Under the pieces are notes generated by a model. It was not told where the DNA came from. It saw only the letters and a program-made list of their open reading frames with translations, and ran no database searches. DNA of 63,602 bases, the filler included, from Chiloscyllium plagiosum (taxonomy: Eukaryota), in assembly GCF_004010195.1 (NCBI RefSeq). It is 7 parts of 7 records of this genome, joined end to end, with 100 filler letters (N's around TTAATTAATTAA, not from the genome) between each part and the next. Parts side by side here need not be neighbours in the genome. Positions count along the whole stretch, not along the records: positions 61,809 to 63,602 come from NW_025171067.1; 6 more parts are not named here. One strand, written 5' to 3'. Below are positions 62,971 through 63,602 of the stretch, one piece after another. Each line of letters starts with the position of its first letter. Position 1 is the first letter of the stretch. The position numbers and the translations under genes were made by a program.

Positions 62971-63533
62971 ATGATTTCACACATCGAGCTGATCTGGCCC
63001 CTGGCATTCTGTATCACAGGTACAAATCTCTCTCCTTCCACCTTGAATCTTTAGCTGCTCTCCATTTCACTCCAATTCCACTGACTTGTGATTGAAGGGA
63101 AAATGCTAAACCAGAGGAATGCTCAGTGTCTCCAACAATCTCTCATTTGACCGGCTCATTCTGTGACAGTTCTGACTTCAATGTGTTTCTCTCTGACCCC
63201 TCAGGTATCAGTGGGGACATCATCATGAACCAGTCTCCCCCGGTGCTATCAGTGGGACTGGGCCACACTGCAACCATCACCTGTACGGCCAGTCAAAGCA
63301 TTAGCAGCTACCTTGCTTGGTACCAGCAGCGAGAAGGTCAGAAACCCTCTCTCCTGATCTATGCTGCAACAAATCGATTTACAGGAGTCTCCGATCGATT
63401 CACCGGCAGTGGATCAGGGACCAGTTTCACCCTGACAATCAGCAACGTTCAGAATGAGGATGTCGCTGACTATTACTATATGCAGGATTACAGCTACCCT
63501 CGACATTCGGTAAAGGAATCAAGCTCAGACTGA
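62971..63533 (+). pseudogene. IGKV: Joined VJ kappa-type light chain pseudogene (leader 62971-63019, VJ exon 63205-63533)
   Basis: Leader MISHIELIWPLAFCIT/GT, then [45 protein letters not shown]. Second Cys replaced by Tyr (TAT 63477-63479). V fused to J ([16 protein letters not shown]) out of frame at TAC CCT CG ACA TTC. No RSS. Confidence 0.93.
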
Positions 63534-63602
63534 GTAAGTAAACCTCAATCCTCCCTTAATAACCCTTTCAATACTGAAACTTTCTAAATCACAAATGCTG
63601 AA

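Noticed and set aside
37757-63533. Assembling the VJ-kappa exons and C-kappa exons, or VH and IgNAR C exons, into single genes
   Set aside because: They lie on different scaffolds, with incompatible strands and order.

Overview
Eukaryotic genomic DNA from a cartilaginous fish. The immunoglobulin exons and repeat families resemble those I recall from nurse and bamboo sharks; the species is not established. The window is not continuous: six identical 100-bp spacers (44 N + TTAATTAATTAA + 44 N) join seven scaffolds (A 1-18778, B 18879-31145, C 31246-45287, D 45388-52567, E 52668-60352, F 60453-61708, G 61809-63602). Each scaffold carries one piece of an Ig cluster. A: a divergent, intact, pre-joined V-J Ig exon (minus strand). 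B: a kappa-type (NS4-like) C pseudogene. C: a kappa-type C exon that has lost its stop codon. D: IgNAR C3, C4 and C5/secretory exons. E and G: two already-joined but out-of-frame VJ-kappa pseudogenes. F: an unrearranged IgM-type VH with a 23-RSS. The rest is minisatellite, CR1 and L1 LINE fragments, tRNA-derived V-SINEs, Penelope-type repeats with hammerhead-ribozyme cores, and a solo LTR with a target-site duplication. Most long ORFs in the track are artefacts of repeats or N-gaps. Family assignments come from recalled motifs, not from database searches.
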